From positions 558,001 through 622,000 of the forward strand of contig JAAOMT010000710.1 in NCBI GenBank assembly GCA_016748015.1: 64,000 bases of DNA, written 5' to 3'. Shown one piece after another: positions 11,152 through 23,711 of the stretch. The DNA comes from Geosiphon pyriformis uo1 (Eukaryota; Fungi; Glomeromycota). The translations under genes and the position numbers were made by a program. Position 1 is the stretch's first letter. The number at the start of each line of letters is the position of its first letter. Under the pieces are notes generated by a model. That model was not told the DNA's origin. It did not search any database and worked only from the letters and a program-made list of their open reading frames with translations.

Positions 11152-14100
11152 ACGGTGAATACTTCGAAAGATTTAAATTGCAATCACTAACACCATCAGG
11201 AATTCAATTACTGCCACTTCAACCAGACTTTGGAACTGCTACCCTGTGAGAACTATTTGAAGAAGAAAAGGAAGAAGAGGAAGAATCGGAAGATCAAAAA
11301 TTTACTTACCAGAACCCAATTACTGAAAACCCGGAAGTTGAAACCCTGAATTTTCAAGCTCAGCAAAATCTAAATCTAGAAAATTTGAAAATTGAAACTC
11401 CGAATTATCAAAGGCAGAACAATCCAAACCCCGAATTAATTAATTAGCAAAACTTACCTCCAGTAATCGTTATCGAGCAACTACCAATTAATCCAGTAGC
11501 CAAACCCATACAACAGCCATTTCAACTACCACCCCAACAACCAGTACAACAACAACCGCTTTAACAGCTACCACAACAACCCAACTTAGATCCAATGGCC
11601 TACACACCAATTGCAAAACTTGACAACTTTACCAGTAAAGAAGATGATGTGCAAGTATGACTGAATAACGTAGAGAAAGCCATTACTGCAAATGGATGGA
11701 ATAACACCTGAGCACTTCAAGCCATCTCATACTTTCTAAGGGACAGTGCAGATGCATGGTATCAAAGTCTAACTGTCAAATCCCAAACTTTCAATGACTT
11801 CAAAACGGAATTTATAAGATATTTCAACAACAATAATAGTATCAACAAGTTAGCCAACCTCTTCACCACCATCAAACAAGAAAATACTGAAGCAGTCACC
11901 ACTTACTTGGGATGCTTCTATAGAAACCTGTGCCAGATCCAAGCAATTCAAGCTGACTATTTTACAATGCCACAGATTTTGAACCAATTTATTAGAGGTT
12001 TGTACAGTAACCTCCTATAGCAAGTATGTCCAATGCATCCAGTTGACCTCCCTACTGCAGTTATACATGTCAGAGATTTTGAAGCAGCTAAGTTAAAAGC
12101 CAACCACGCTCAAGCAGTAAATCTAGTAATAAATGGATCATCTAAATTGGATTCCAAATTAAAACAATTCAGTGAGTCAATTAATCAGAAATTAAAAGGG
12201 TACTTAGCTGACAATCACGCCATATATCAAACACCACAACAATGCCATAATTCAAAGAATGTGAATTATTTCCAAAATCAATCATGTCTATCATCCTTGA
12301 CAGCACCTAGTCCACCATAGCAGCCAGAAATATATGTCTACTACAACTGTGATAAATAAGGCCATATTCGAGTTAATTGTCATACTTATAGCAACTAATG
12401 ATTGGGAAATCAATACAGAAACCCCGATCACCAGTTCCAAACTCCGAATTGTTATCCAAATCAAGACCAAGACCAATATCAAAATACTTACCTGCCAATG
12501 ATGTAGCAACCAATCTATCAACTGCCAGTATATCAACCTCCAGTTTATTAACTACAGCCACTGGCAATTTATCAACAACAGCCTCCAGTAATTTATTAGC
12601 CACAGCCCCAAATAATTTATCAGTCTCAACCATCAATTCAAACACCACTCCAAAATTCAGCTATGATGACATCAGGAAACCCGAGACCCAGAATTGCTCA
12701 AAATTGGAAATCAGTGATAGTTGTTCATTAACTGATTCCCAGCTCCTCTCACCAAAGCTCAGGACCCCGTTCTTGGAATTCGGATACTGGTGCCACCCAA
12801 CACCCGAATTCCCAAAACTATTTAAGTCTCCTGATTACTCCAAAAGATGCCACACCCAACAACCAGAAACTCAGACAAACACTTACCAGCAACATTCCAT
12901 CTGCCACAATCACGGAAGACAAATTTTTGGATGCCATTTTTCCATTCGAACTTGAGAAACCATCAACCACGCCATTATTTAGTGGAGCCACACTAGAAAA
13001 AAAGCCAATTACTGCCATGTACACTGATGCGAAAATTGATGGCCATCTCATCAAACTAATTCTTGACAGTGGTTCAGCAGGCAGCATCATCACATGACAA
13101 CTCATGGATCAATTAGATTGCCAAGTTGATCGAGCTGCTAGTGCCAGAATCATCATGATTGATGGAGCAACCAAGACTCCAATCAACAAAATTGATGACT
13201 TACCAATTGAAATTAATGGCATTATAGTACCAATCAAAGTACTCATCATGGAAGCCACCCAATACCAAGCTCTAGTTGGTAATGACTGGCTGTCCAAGAC
13301 AAACACCACTCTGGACTGGAATACCCAAGAGCTTCAACTCAGCCAGAACGGGCAACACATGTAAGTACCAGCAATGTGTGGCCACTTTAAGGCTATTAAC
13401 ACTATGGCACCACTAATTGACTTCGAAGAAGAAAAACCAAAACCTACCTGGAAAGCCTACCAAGTATTGTGGGCTGATGAAGAACACAACAAGCTGCCAC
13501 CAATACTCTCTTGGAATGACAATGAAAGCAAACAAACGAACTTACCTGAGAAACCGATGATCTGATTTGGACCGACAATGAACAAGAAGAAGCCTTAAGT
13601 TGGGAATAGAATGAAAATAAGAGAAAAAAAAAAGAAAAAGAAGAAGAAATGCTACCAACTGCCGCCATTTATAATTTCTACACTCACTACACTTTACAAC
13701 AATCCAATTATCAATGGCCAAGACTTGTATGCGTCAATTGTGACAAGAAACTGTCATCAATGGGCACATGCTGTGGCGATAATGAGAAATACCACACCAC
13801 AACAAAGTTCTACTGTTATCTATGCCTACTCGAATGCTTTGGACAACCAAAGAGGCAAGGAAAATGAGATAACCAACCTTGTCTCGCTTGTGGAGAGATC
13901 CTGTTAGATGAAGGGATATGGAATAACATCCCAGAATGTGGAGGAATATGCAACGTATCGTGTCAATACACGATTCTAATAAGTGACTGGGTAAGAAAAA
14001 GAACCCCAATAGAAGCAGTCTGAAGAAGAGCCATGCAGCGACTGAACAGTTGTCCACATAACAACAATAAAATTTGGAGAATGGCAATTGCCAAAATAGA

Positions 14101-16895
14101 AAGAGCAACACCCAAAGAGATCAGAGAAATCAAGAACAATCCCCCAGAGCTCATAGAACTTGATTGGGACTCAGAACCAGTCATAAATCTTCTAGACCTG
14201 GAGCAATTCCATGAACATTACCAGAAATTAACACCCACAAGGGAGGAACAGGAGCAATGCTTGGAAAAAATAAATACCAGGTTATGTGACCACTATTTAA
14301 TTCCATGTGACTTCCAATATTGTAATGAGTGTGACCTCATCTACAATCCACCACCACACATGATCTACACAATCCCTGAAGAAGAGGAACCAATCAACAG
14401 CTGTGCATCGGAATCGGAATTAGTTTACAATCCTGATTTAAACCCCGACAATAATGACAATGAAAACACCAGTTTCAGCTTTGCGCAATGTGGCAATGAA
14501 AATATCAACAATTCAGACTCTAATCCTAATTACAAACAATACATTGCCCTACCAGATCTCTCCAAAGAACAGGAGTTGAAATGGTACAGTGACAATGGCG
14601 AAGGCATCATGTCAGAACGAGTGCATGATACCAATGCAAAGTTTGATCTGAGATATCCTGGAAAAAATGTTATCAAATTAGAACCACATTTGTGCACCTG
14701 CATTGATCTGAAAATAGTGCTGGAAATTCCAACAACAACAATGGTTCAACTAGCATCCTAGAGTAGTTTAGCAAAAAGAGGGATTAATAAAAGAAGAGAA
14801 ATAATTAATATGGGATATGTAGGAAATATTATTGCTATGCTACAAAATGACTCAGAAAAGGCCTATATTATAAAGCCAAATGAAAAGATAGCACAGGCAA
14901 TATTCCTGCTTTTGGTTAAAATAGCTCAATTAGTGTCAGTGAGAAATAGAGAAGAATTAGAAATAACAGCAAGAGGGATACAGGGATTTGGGTCAACGAG
15001 TAGAATAGATGTACCAGTTAATATGGCAGAGGAAGAAATTATTGACTAAGGAGAAATTATCTCAACTGGTCAAGCTATTTCTATTCCACAATATAGCCAG
15101 TACATGCTAGTAATAGAAAGAAAAAAAAAGGAGCAAGAACAGATTTTTGAAGCTGGAGCAAACCTTTGTGAATCAGGAAAGATTGGGCTGATCAATCTTC
15201 ACATACCAGCCAAAAGCTATAGCTGCATAAAAATTCCCATCTACAACAACACAGGCAATGTCATTAACGTACCAGAAGAAACCACCATCAGATATTTAAC
15301 CACAGAAATAGAAGACCAACCACCAAACTCCATTCCAGACTTTCCACAACTTTGTGGATATGTTGACATTATATCACAAACAATCTATGGACAAGATGAA
15401 TGTTATTTGCTCCAACCAGAACAATTAGAACAAATGAACATGGAAAATCTAGACCCACTATAATGTATGCAACTCAAGATGTTGCTCAACAATTTCAATA
15501 ACATCTTTGCCAGTGAAAATGAGTTTGGCCAAACTGACATCATCCAGCATCAGATCAAGACTGGTAATGCAATGCCAATTAAACAAAAAACATACAGGAT
15601 ACCACCAGTTAGCCACAAGATCATCTGTTAAGAGATAAACTGAATGCTTGACAACAGGCTAATTTAGCCATCAATGAGCTCATGGTCATCATCAGTGGTA
15701 CTCATCCATAAGAAGAATAGAAAAATCTGATTTTGTGTAGACTACAGGAAACTCAATGGTATAACTCGTGGAGACAGCTATTTAACTCCACAAATACAGA
15801 AATTATTTAACGCTTTTGGTGGGAACAAATAGTTTTCAACATTAGACTTGGACAGTAGTTACTGGCAAGTAGCCATGAATCTGGCCGACAAAAAAAAAAT
15901 GGCATTTACTACTAGAGAAGGAAATTTTGAATTTGAAGTGATGCCATTTGGCTTAACCAATGTCCCAGCAACTTTCCAATGGCTAATAGAAATTGTTTAT
16001 ACTGGCTTATTGTGGAAATCAGTAGTTGTATACTTGGATGACACCAATGTATTTTTAAAAACGTTTAATGATCATCTTCATCATCTTCAACAAATGTTCG
16101 GAAGATTAAGAAGAGCAGGACTAAAGTTAAATGCAACAAAGTGCTTCTTCGGCAAGACAGAACTAAAATTCTTGGAACACATAGTCAGCAAAGATGGCAT
16201 CAAAACGGATCTGAAGAAAATAGAGATAGTAAAGAACTTTCCAGTGCTGACCAATATGACAGAACTGAAATCATTTTTGGGATTCACTAGCTACTATCAA
16301 TGTTTTATCAAGAACATTTCCAAGATAGTGCATCTGCTCAACCAACTGCAAAACAAGAATACAAAATATGAATGGACAGAAAGTCAACAAGAAGCTTTTG
16401 ATATTCTGAAAAGAAAGCTCATCCAAGTTCCAGTACTGATCTATCCAGATCACAGCAAACCATTTATCATTACCTCCAATGCATCCGACCAAGCATTGGG
16501 AGCAGTATTATCTCAGAGAGGACCAGACGGCAGAGAACATTCAATAGCATATGCTAGCAGAGGTTTAACACCAGCCAAAAAGAACTATGAAACACCAGAA
16601 CAAGAACACTTAGTGATATATTGGGCAGTCATAAAATGGAAAGAATACTTGAGTCAGAAGTTTGAAGTATACACAGATCACAAAGGATTAACATCACTTC
16701 AAAAACAAGAATTTGAAGATGGAAAACAGTCAAGATAGAAAATGGCACTTGCACCATATAAGTATACTATACATTATAAAAAGGGAAAAGACAATGGAAA
16801 TACTGACGGTTTGTTATGAATAAAACAAATCTAAGAATATTTCAACCCAAAAATATAACAAAACTAGAATAATATCAACAAAAATATAACAAAAA

Positions 16896-18277
16896 ATGAA
16901 CATACAAAAATATTGACAACTGCAACATTATATAAACACTCAACACTTCAAGGAGAATTTATTTCAAATGGAATGAAAGAGTATTAAACAACAATCAAAA
17001 TATTTTATCACTTACCAAAATATACTTTATCAGAAAAATAGAAGGGATCCAGATCAGCCAACCAGAGTAATTACAGAGCCAGAAAAAAAGACAATATTAT
17101 TTAACATGCATTCAAATCCAACAGCAGGACATTTTCACAAAGAAGCAATCATGGAAAGAACCAGAAAAAGATACTATTGGCCATTAATGTACCCAGACAT
17201 CATTCAATATGTTCAAATTGTGATGCTTGTTAGTAAAGAGGAGGAACAAAACCCAGTGAACCATTAAGACCAATCAAAATGGGACAACCATTCGACCAGA
17301 TTGGAATTGATCTAGTCGGACCATTAACAATCACCAGCAGAGGAAACAGATATATAGCAGTAGCCATGGACTATCTCACTAAATGGCCAAAGGCAAAAGC
17401 AATTCAAAGAGCAGATGCAAAATCCATTGCTGAATTTGTTTATCAAGATTTAATTTGTTGACACAGATGTCCAAAGGAATTATTATCAGACCAAGGAACT
17501 TATTTTGTAAACAGAACATTAACAGAATTGAGCCAAAGATTCGGAATTAAGAGACCACTATCATCATCATACCATCTACAAACCAACAAATTAGTCGAAA
17601 GATTCAACAGAACATTGTGTGAAGCAATTACCAAACTTAGCCAAGAAAACCAGGACAAATGGGATTTGTTCATACCATCAGTATTATTTGCTTATTGGAC
17701 AATGAAGCAAGATACTACACAAGCAACACCATTTGAATTAGTATACAGTAGAACAGCAACATTACCAGTAGAGAGAAAAATTAATACATATCCAGCTGAA
17801 CCAATAACAGAAGAGAATTTTCAAAAAACATTGCTGAGAAGAACATATGACTTAATAGAAACATTGGAAAACAAACAAAGAAGAGCAGCTGATAATATTC
17901 AAAAATCACAAAATAAACAGAAAAAAAGACACAATAGTCAACTACTAGACAAACCAGTTGAATTCCAGATTGAAAACAAAGTACTCTTACATCATACCAA
18001 AGCAGAAAAACAATGGAGTGGAAAATTTGACTCCAAATGGGATGGATCATTTTACATAGAAGAAATTCTAGAGAATGAAGCTTACAAATTAAGACTGGAT
18101 AACAAAATTTTAACCAAAGCAGTACATGGAGATCGACTGAAACCATACCACAACATCACACTACCATCTACCAATAATATTCCACAATTAGGAGTACAGA
18201 GAATACTAGTCCAACCAGATAAGATTCCACAAGATCTGGAACCAATCATGATTATTGACAACAATATGTTAAATTGA
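16896..18277 (+). pseudogene. A0 integrase ORF
   Basis: ATG 16896 is 61 nt after RNase H TAA (16832-16834); GIDLVGP, TNKLVERFN; one frameshift near 17215. Confidence 0.88.
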
Positions 18278-18301
18278 TCCATAAAAAAAATATATAAAGA
18301 C

Positions 18302-18958
18302 ATGATAGACATAACAGAAAATATCAGAAAAATGGAAATTACAGACAACATTCACTCACTAGCACAACAATTCTTTCAATTGATCCAACACCAGAAAATG
18401 GAGATTACAATCAATTAACAAACCATTCGATATCAAGATACTAGAAAGACATTACAACCCAGAACACAGAAACCTGAAAATATGGTGGGCAAAATCATTG
18501 CAAAAGTAAAATTAGCAATAAGAGAGTTGACAAAAGAGTCACTATATTAAAAGTTGACTAAAGAAACTTGGAATTGATGGATACAACAATTTCCACGAAA
18601 CTATTGTTATTTTTACTTGGAACAACACATAAATATCCAGAATCTATATACAGATAAAACAAAGCGACTATTCGACAAAAGAATACTACAACAATTAGAA
18701 CATTTTGTGAGAAAAAACAACTTATCCACACAGGCTCGAGCCATATATCAAATACACACAGCATTTCAGGATAGACCAGAAATATTACTTAACAAAGCAA
18801 TGGATATGGTTACCAGTAATCAATTGAGAAAGATCATCAATGCTCAATTTGAAGAATTACAGACCCAAATAACACAAGTAATTCTCGAAAATGAAATCCA
18901 GGAAATACTTCAAGAGGGGAAATTAAACGAATTGGATTTCAATAGAGCTCAATATTAA
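18302..18958 (+). pseudogene. A0 ORF3
   Basis: Near-identical to 9682-10341. Confidence 0.8.
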
Positions 18959-18971
18959 AAAGAGGGAATAA

Positions 18972-19819
18972 TATTACTCATAGAAATATAAGAAATATAT
19001 TAATATGATTATTAGCCAATCAGAAGTAAACATAGTAAATGTGGAATTCCAGGATTTCTCTCAGGAATTGCAGGATTCCAGAAATTTCAGGATTCCCCAA
19101 TGAGGAATCACAGGATTTCAGAATTCCAGGATTCCTCTCAAAGGAATTGCAGAATTCCAGGAATTCCAGGATTTCTGTTGTGAAGAATCGAGGAATTAAA
19201 GAATCTCAAATATGTATATATAGCAGTAGTGTTAGAAACAGAAAAGACAAAATTGATACCACAGAATCCTTAGCCTAGAAACAAAATCATCAAATAAATA
19301 ATTATTTTATATCTCAATCCACTCTCCACTATCAACACTTCATGTTGATAGTAATTAATCCTTAACCATGCTGGAACAATAGCTCTTGATCATGGCTATT
19401 AATGGGATACTAATCTACCAAATGCCTTGGCTTATTTCTTTACATTTCTTTATTTTCGTTATTTTCTTTATTTTCTGTGATTTTGTTATTGTGCACTAAC
19501 CAATTGATTAAAAGTGCTAATTACTGACATCAAAGATTGCCTGGTAAAAGACCTCTGTGAGTAGGTAGGACATGTACAGAAGATACAAATTACTTACCAG
19601 AAGATTGCCAGCCACTAAGCCAAGAAAAGAATTGACAGACTTGTGAGTCTGGGAAGCTACAGATAAAACAACTATTGAATTTCTGTCCATTATACAAAGA
19701 ACTCATTGAAAAAACCTTCAAATTCCAAAACCTTCAGTTTATCATCAATGCAAATAGCTGTTGAGCACCAAGTTACAGATTTGTTATTTGATTTGAGACT
19801 CCAAAAAATCACTGTAACA
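18972..19819 (+). repeat. A0 3' LTR
   Basis: TATTACTCAT (decayed TGTTAC)...TGTAACA; PPT upstream; long U3 array 19043-19177. Confidence 0.93.
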
Positions 19820-20488
19820 CCATAAATATGTGTCAAAGTGAACACAACTCCAGACTACTGCTAAGCATTCAAGTTCATATGCTGCGTAGTTTTGCTCTGT
19901 CATACTGAGACTTCTGCTGGCATAAGCAATTACACATTCTTTTCCATTATCATCTTTTTGTGACAGAATGGCTTCAAGTCTAGTTCCAGAGGCATCTGTG
20001 GCCAAAATGAATTTCTTGTTGAAATTCGGATAGATCATTATTGGTAATTCAATGAGCTTTTGTCTAAGATACTTAAAAGCTTTTTGTTGTGCTTCAGTTC
20101 ATTCAAACTTCACATTTTTAGATAGTAGGTAATTAAGAGGTTTGGTGATGTTTGAAAAATTTTCTACAAAGCAGTAGTAGTAAAATGCGAGTCCTAAAAA
20201 GCTTCTAACTTCTGAAATGTTTTGAGGTACTGAAAAATTTTTCACTTTGTCTATTTTTGATGAATCTGGTTTTATTCTATCTTTTCCAACTACGTGTCCT
20301 AAAAATGCTAACTTATTTTTCCCAAAGAAACATTTTTCTAGATTTAGTTTAAGTCCAGCATGTCTCAATCTCTCAAAAACTTGTTGTAAATGTTGGAGAT
20401 GATCTGTGAATTTTGACAAGAAAACATTTGTATCATCCAAGTAGACAATAACGGATTGCCACAGGATTCCAAAGTAAATTATGTCTAT
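19820..20488 (-). pseudogene. C1 RT C-terminus and RNase H fragment
   Basis: YLDDTNVF, KLNLEKCFFG, ATDASG, IAYASR, ELECLAVVW. Confidence 0.9.
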
Positions 20489-21438
20489 TGTTACTGGAGA
20501 TTTTTGGTCTCTTTTTTAAATGTTGTTAATGCCTGTTTGTTGTGAATTCACGTTTTCTGAATGTGGTTGAACCTCCAATAACTGAATTTATTTTCAAATT
20601 ATCTTCTATAATTTGAACTGCTGGGCTTATAAGTGGAATGGCCAATTTTTTGCCAGTTACTTTATGTAGTTACATTGTAGTAAATGTCAACTCTTTCCCA
20701 GGAATTGCTTGTCTGAAAGCTCACTAAAAATGTGTAGTTACTTTGCTGTGAAAGTCAACTTTTCTACAGGAATCTTGTCTGTAGGCTACCCTAATAATTG
20801 TAATAAGAAAATAAAAGAAAAATAAAAGAAATGTAAAAGAAATAGAATTTTGTCAAGGGAAACGTTTTCTATCCAGGCCTGGAGTCACTAACAGATTATT
20901 GAAATTGGTAGCTAATCAATTTCAAAACATTAGTTGAGTTTTGAGAATTTTCCAAGTGCAATAATTAAAGAATTTGGTTTTTCAAATTATTTGATATTTA
21001 TTTCTTTTTGTGTGTATAGGAATGGTTCTAAGTGATAAATCTAAAGTAAGATATATTTTCCAGAAGAGAAAAGCTCTTCTTTTATACAACTTGTTGTAGT
21101 ACTAGTCTATGAACTTGCACTTTTTCTTTTTGTTCAAATTTTGGCAAACTAAAGATACATTTTGATGAACTACAAGTTATTTCGCTGAACTATTAATTAA
21201 TTTGGGTGAACTATTCATAATTTCGGCGAATTTTTGAATGTTACAAAGTTCAGGGTATTGTGTAATTTGATCATCTTACTTTCTGTTATACTAATTAGAT
21301 TATTTTAATTAAATCGTGATATGTGATAATTGATTAAATAATAAATGATAATTTGAAATGATATTAATATACTAATAAATTATAGGAATTATAAGGGTAA
21401 TTTCATGCTAATTAATAGCTAAAATTCTATTGGTAACA
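20489..21438 (-). repeat. B1 3' LTR
   Basis: Repeat of 29566-30372, 36196-37178 and inverted 49884-50893. Confidence 0.95.
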
Positions 21439-22126
21439 TAATCTCCTCCTCAAGACTGAGCTCCGTCAAAGTCCAAGCACTATCTGTAATATTGAGATAG
21501 TGATCTAAAATAATTGAAGTAATCTGGTCTGAAAATTGTTGAAATCTCAGTTCTGTGAGTTTGCCAATGTATTGGACTTTCATTGGTTGCAGTATTGGAT
21601 TTTGTAGAACATTTTTACAAGTATTAAACAAGTCATAGAGTTTAAAAGCTGCTCTAAGTTTGTAGCAAGTGTTTGTTGGTCCAGCTGCTGTTTTGAATTC
21701 ATTGTGGATTTGTTTTTGTATAACTTCAAGAGTGAGATTTGTTGCTTCAAGTTCCAGTTTTCGTTTATAAAGTGTTTTTCCAATTTGAAAGTATTTATAG
21801 ATAGGGGTGTGTTCATTGTTCTGTTTATTAAGAAATAGTAGAAGTTTTTGTTGCATTGTAGCATTTGGTGAAATGTCAATAGGAGCAATTAAAAGATTTT
21901 CTTCTAGTGCCTGCTTCAAAAGTCTTGGTAATCTATTCTCAGAGTGACTTCTTGTTTTTCTTCTATAGGGGTGATAGTTCTGTAAATAATTTGCTACTGG
22001 GGCTGTGGTTTCTTTCTGAATGTAATTAATTTGACTTCCATTAATCGTTATAGATAAGTCAGGAAGTGTTTTCAAGGCTAACATTAATTTTTGGAATATT
22101 TGTTGAATATTTCGGGGAATAATCAT
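21419..22126 (-). CDS. B1 ORF3, uninterrupted 235-aa unknown protein that reads through the PPT into the LTR
   Basis: Intact ORF; shares ITINxxxIxY, YxYFxxG, AxxxY..F and IGKLT...F motifs with A and E ORF3; no transmembrane segment. Confidence 0.8.
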   Translation of the reverse strand: MIIPRNIQQIFQKLMLALKTLPDLSITINGSQINYIQKETTAPVANYLQNYHPYRRKTRSHSENRLPRLLKQALEENLLIAPIDISPNATMQQKLLLFLNKQNNEHTPIYKYFQIGKTLYKRKLELEATNLTLEVIQKQIHNEFKTAAGPTNTCYKLRAAFKLYDLFNTCKNVLQNPILQPMKVQYIGKLTELRFQQFSDQITSIILDHYLNITDSAWTLTELSLEEEIMLPIEF

Positions 22127-22268
22127 GATAAAATTGACTAATTATAAAAAGAGAGAATAAAGAAAATTATTTTTGGATATGGGATTTTTATTTGTTTTTG
22201 GGTCTGGATGTTTTGTAACTATTTACTATTTTTGTCTTTGTGTTTTTATTAGAGAATTATTATAAAAT

Positions 22269-23654
22269 TTAAGTGTTCAAGTTTGGTTGTTGTTCTATTA
22301 TAATTATTGGTTCTAAATTTTAGGGAATATCTTCAGGATTAATTAAAGAGGAATGTGTACCAATTTGTGGAATTAATGGTTCAGGATTGTTTCTGGAATG
22401 ATAGTGTCTCAATCTGTCTCTATGTGCAACTTTTGCTAATATTTTGTCATCAAGTCTTAACTTATATGATCCATTGTCTAGAATTTCGTGAATATAAAAT
22501 GGTCTATCCTATTTGTTTTCAAATTTCCCACTCCATTGTTTTTTAGCCTTAGTTCTGTGTAAGAGAACTTTATTTCCAACTTTAAATTCATTGGTAATAG
22601 GTGGTAATTTGTTGTTATGTTTTTCTTTTTGTTGAGCTTGGGAATGTTCAATATAAGTTGCTGCTATTCTTTTTTTTTCTTCCAGTGTACTAAGAAGAGT
22701 GTAGGCTCTTCTTTGAAGTGTTTCTTGAAAGTTTTCTTCATTGATTGGTTGCACTGGATATGTTTCCACTGTGAAATTAATTGGTAATGTTGCTGTCCTT
22801 CTATAAGTAAGATCAAATGGTGTGTGTTTCATAGTATCTTGTTTTAGTGTTCTGTATGCTAATAACACTGATAGAATAAAGATATCCCATTCTTGCTCAA
22901 AGTCTGTTGAGACTTTGGCTAGAGATTCACACAATGTTCTGTTGAAATGTTCTATAAGTCCATTTGTTTGAGAGTGATAAAGTGATAATAAAGGTCTTTT
23001 GACATTGAACCGTTCACAAATTTCTTGTATCAAGTTGTTCACAAAATGTGTTCCTTGATCAGATAAGAGTTCAATTCGGCATCCATGTCTACAGATAATG
23101 TCTTCATAGATAAAATTTGCTACTGATTTTGCATCTGCTCTTTGGATGGCTTTAGCTTCAGGCCATTTGGTAAGATAATCCACTGCAACTGCAATATAAC
23201 AATTTCCTTGGGTTGTAATAGGTAATGGTCCGACTAAATCAATTCCAACTCTGTCAAAAGGTTGTCCAACTTTGATTGGATTTAAAAGTTCTGTGGGACA
23301 AGTTCCTTCTCTTCTTTGACAATTATCACAAGATTCTACATATTGTCAAATGTCTTTTTGCATGTAAGGCCAAAAATAATGTTCAAGGGTTCTTTGAATT
23401 GTTTCCTCTTTTCCCAAGTGTGCTGAAAACGGATCTGTGTACATGTTGTATAAAATTGTTTCTTTTTCATTCTCTTGTACTAATCTGAGTGGCTGGTTTG
23501 GTTTTCTGTGATTTTTATAATAAATTTTGTTCTGGTGTATGAAATATTATTTTAATTGGTGTTGTAAGCGGTGTTTTTTACTTGAAGACCAGTTTTCTGG
23601 CATGGTAAGAGTCTCCAAATAATTTTTAAGATTGCTGTAGTTTCTGGGATCTAT
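22269..23654 (-). pseudogene. B1 integrase ORF
   Basis: GIDLVGP, DYLTKWPEA, LSDQGTHF, TNGLIEHFN; presumed start (ATA) is 57 nt after RNase H TAA at 23712-23714. Confidence 0.88.
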
Positions 23655-23711
23655 TCTTGTTTGGTTATTTTGTTGGTAAGTTGGTAAGTTGTGGTGGAAT
23701 TGTAGTTGGTA

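Larger units (their letters stand above)
589..16834 (+). pseudogene. A0 ORF1 Gag-PR-Cys-rich-dUTPase-RT-RNase H (589-1133 and 11152-16834)
   Basis: MAYTPIAKL capsid start, LILDSGS, GIQGFGST, YLDD, YTDHK; many premature stops. Confidence 0.9.
1..19819 (+). mobile_element. Ty3/Gypsy LTR retrotransposon A0 (5' LTR cut by window start; interrupted by A1 at 1134-11151; inserted in RNase H of C1)
   Basis: 1-526 matches the end of the LTR at 18972-19819; PBS at 529; gag resumes at 11152; PR/dUT/RT/RH/INT motifs; PPT before 18972; minus-strand RNase H of C1 starts at 19820. Confidence 0.93.
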
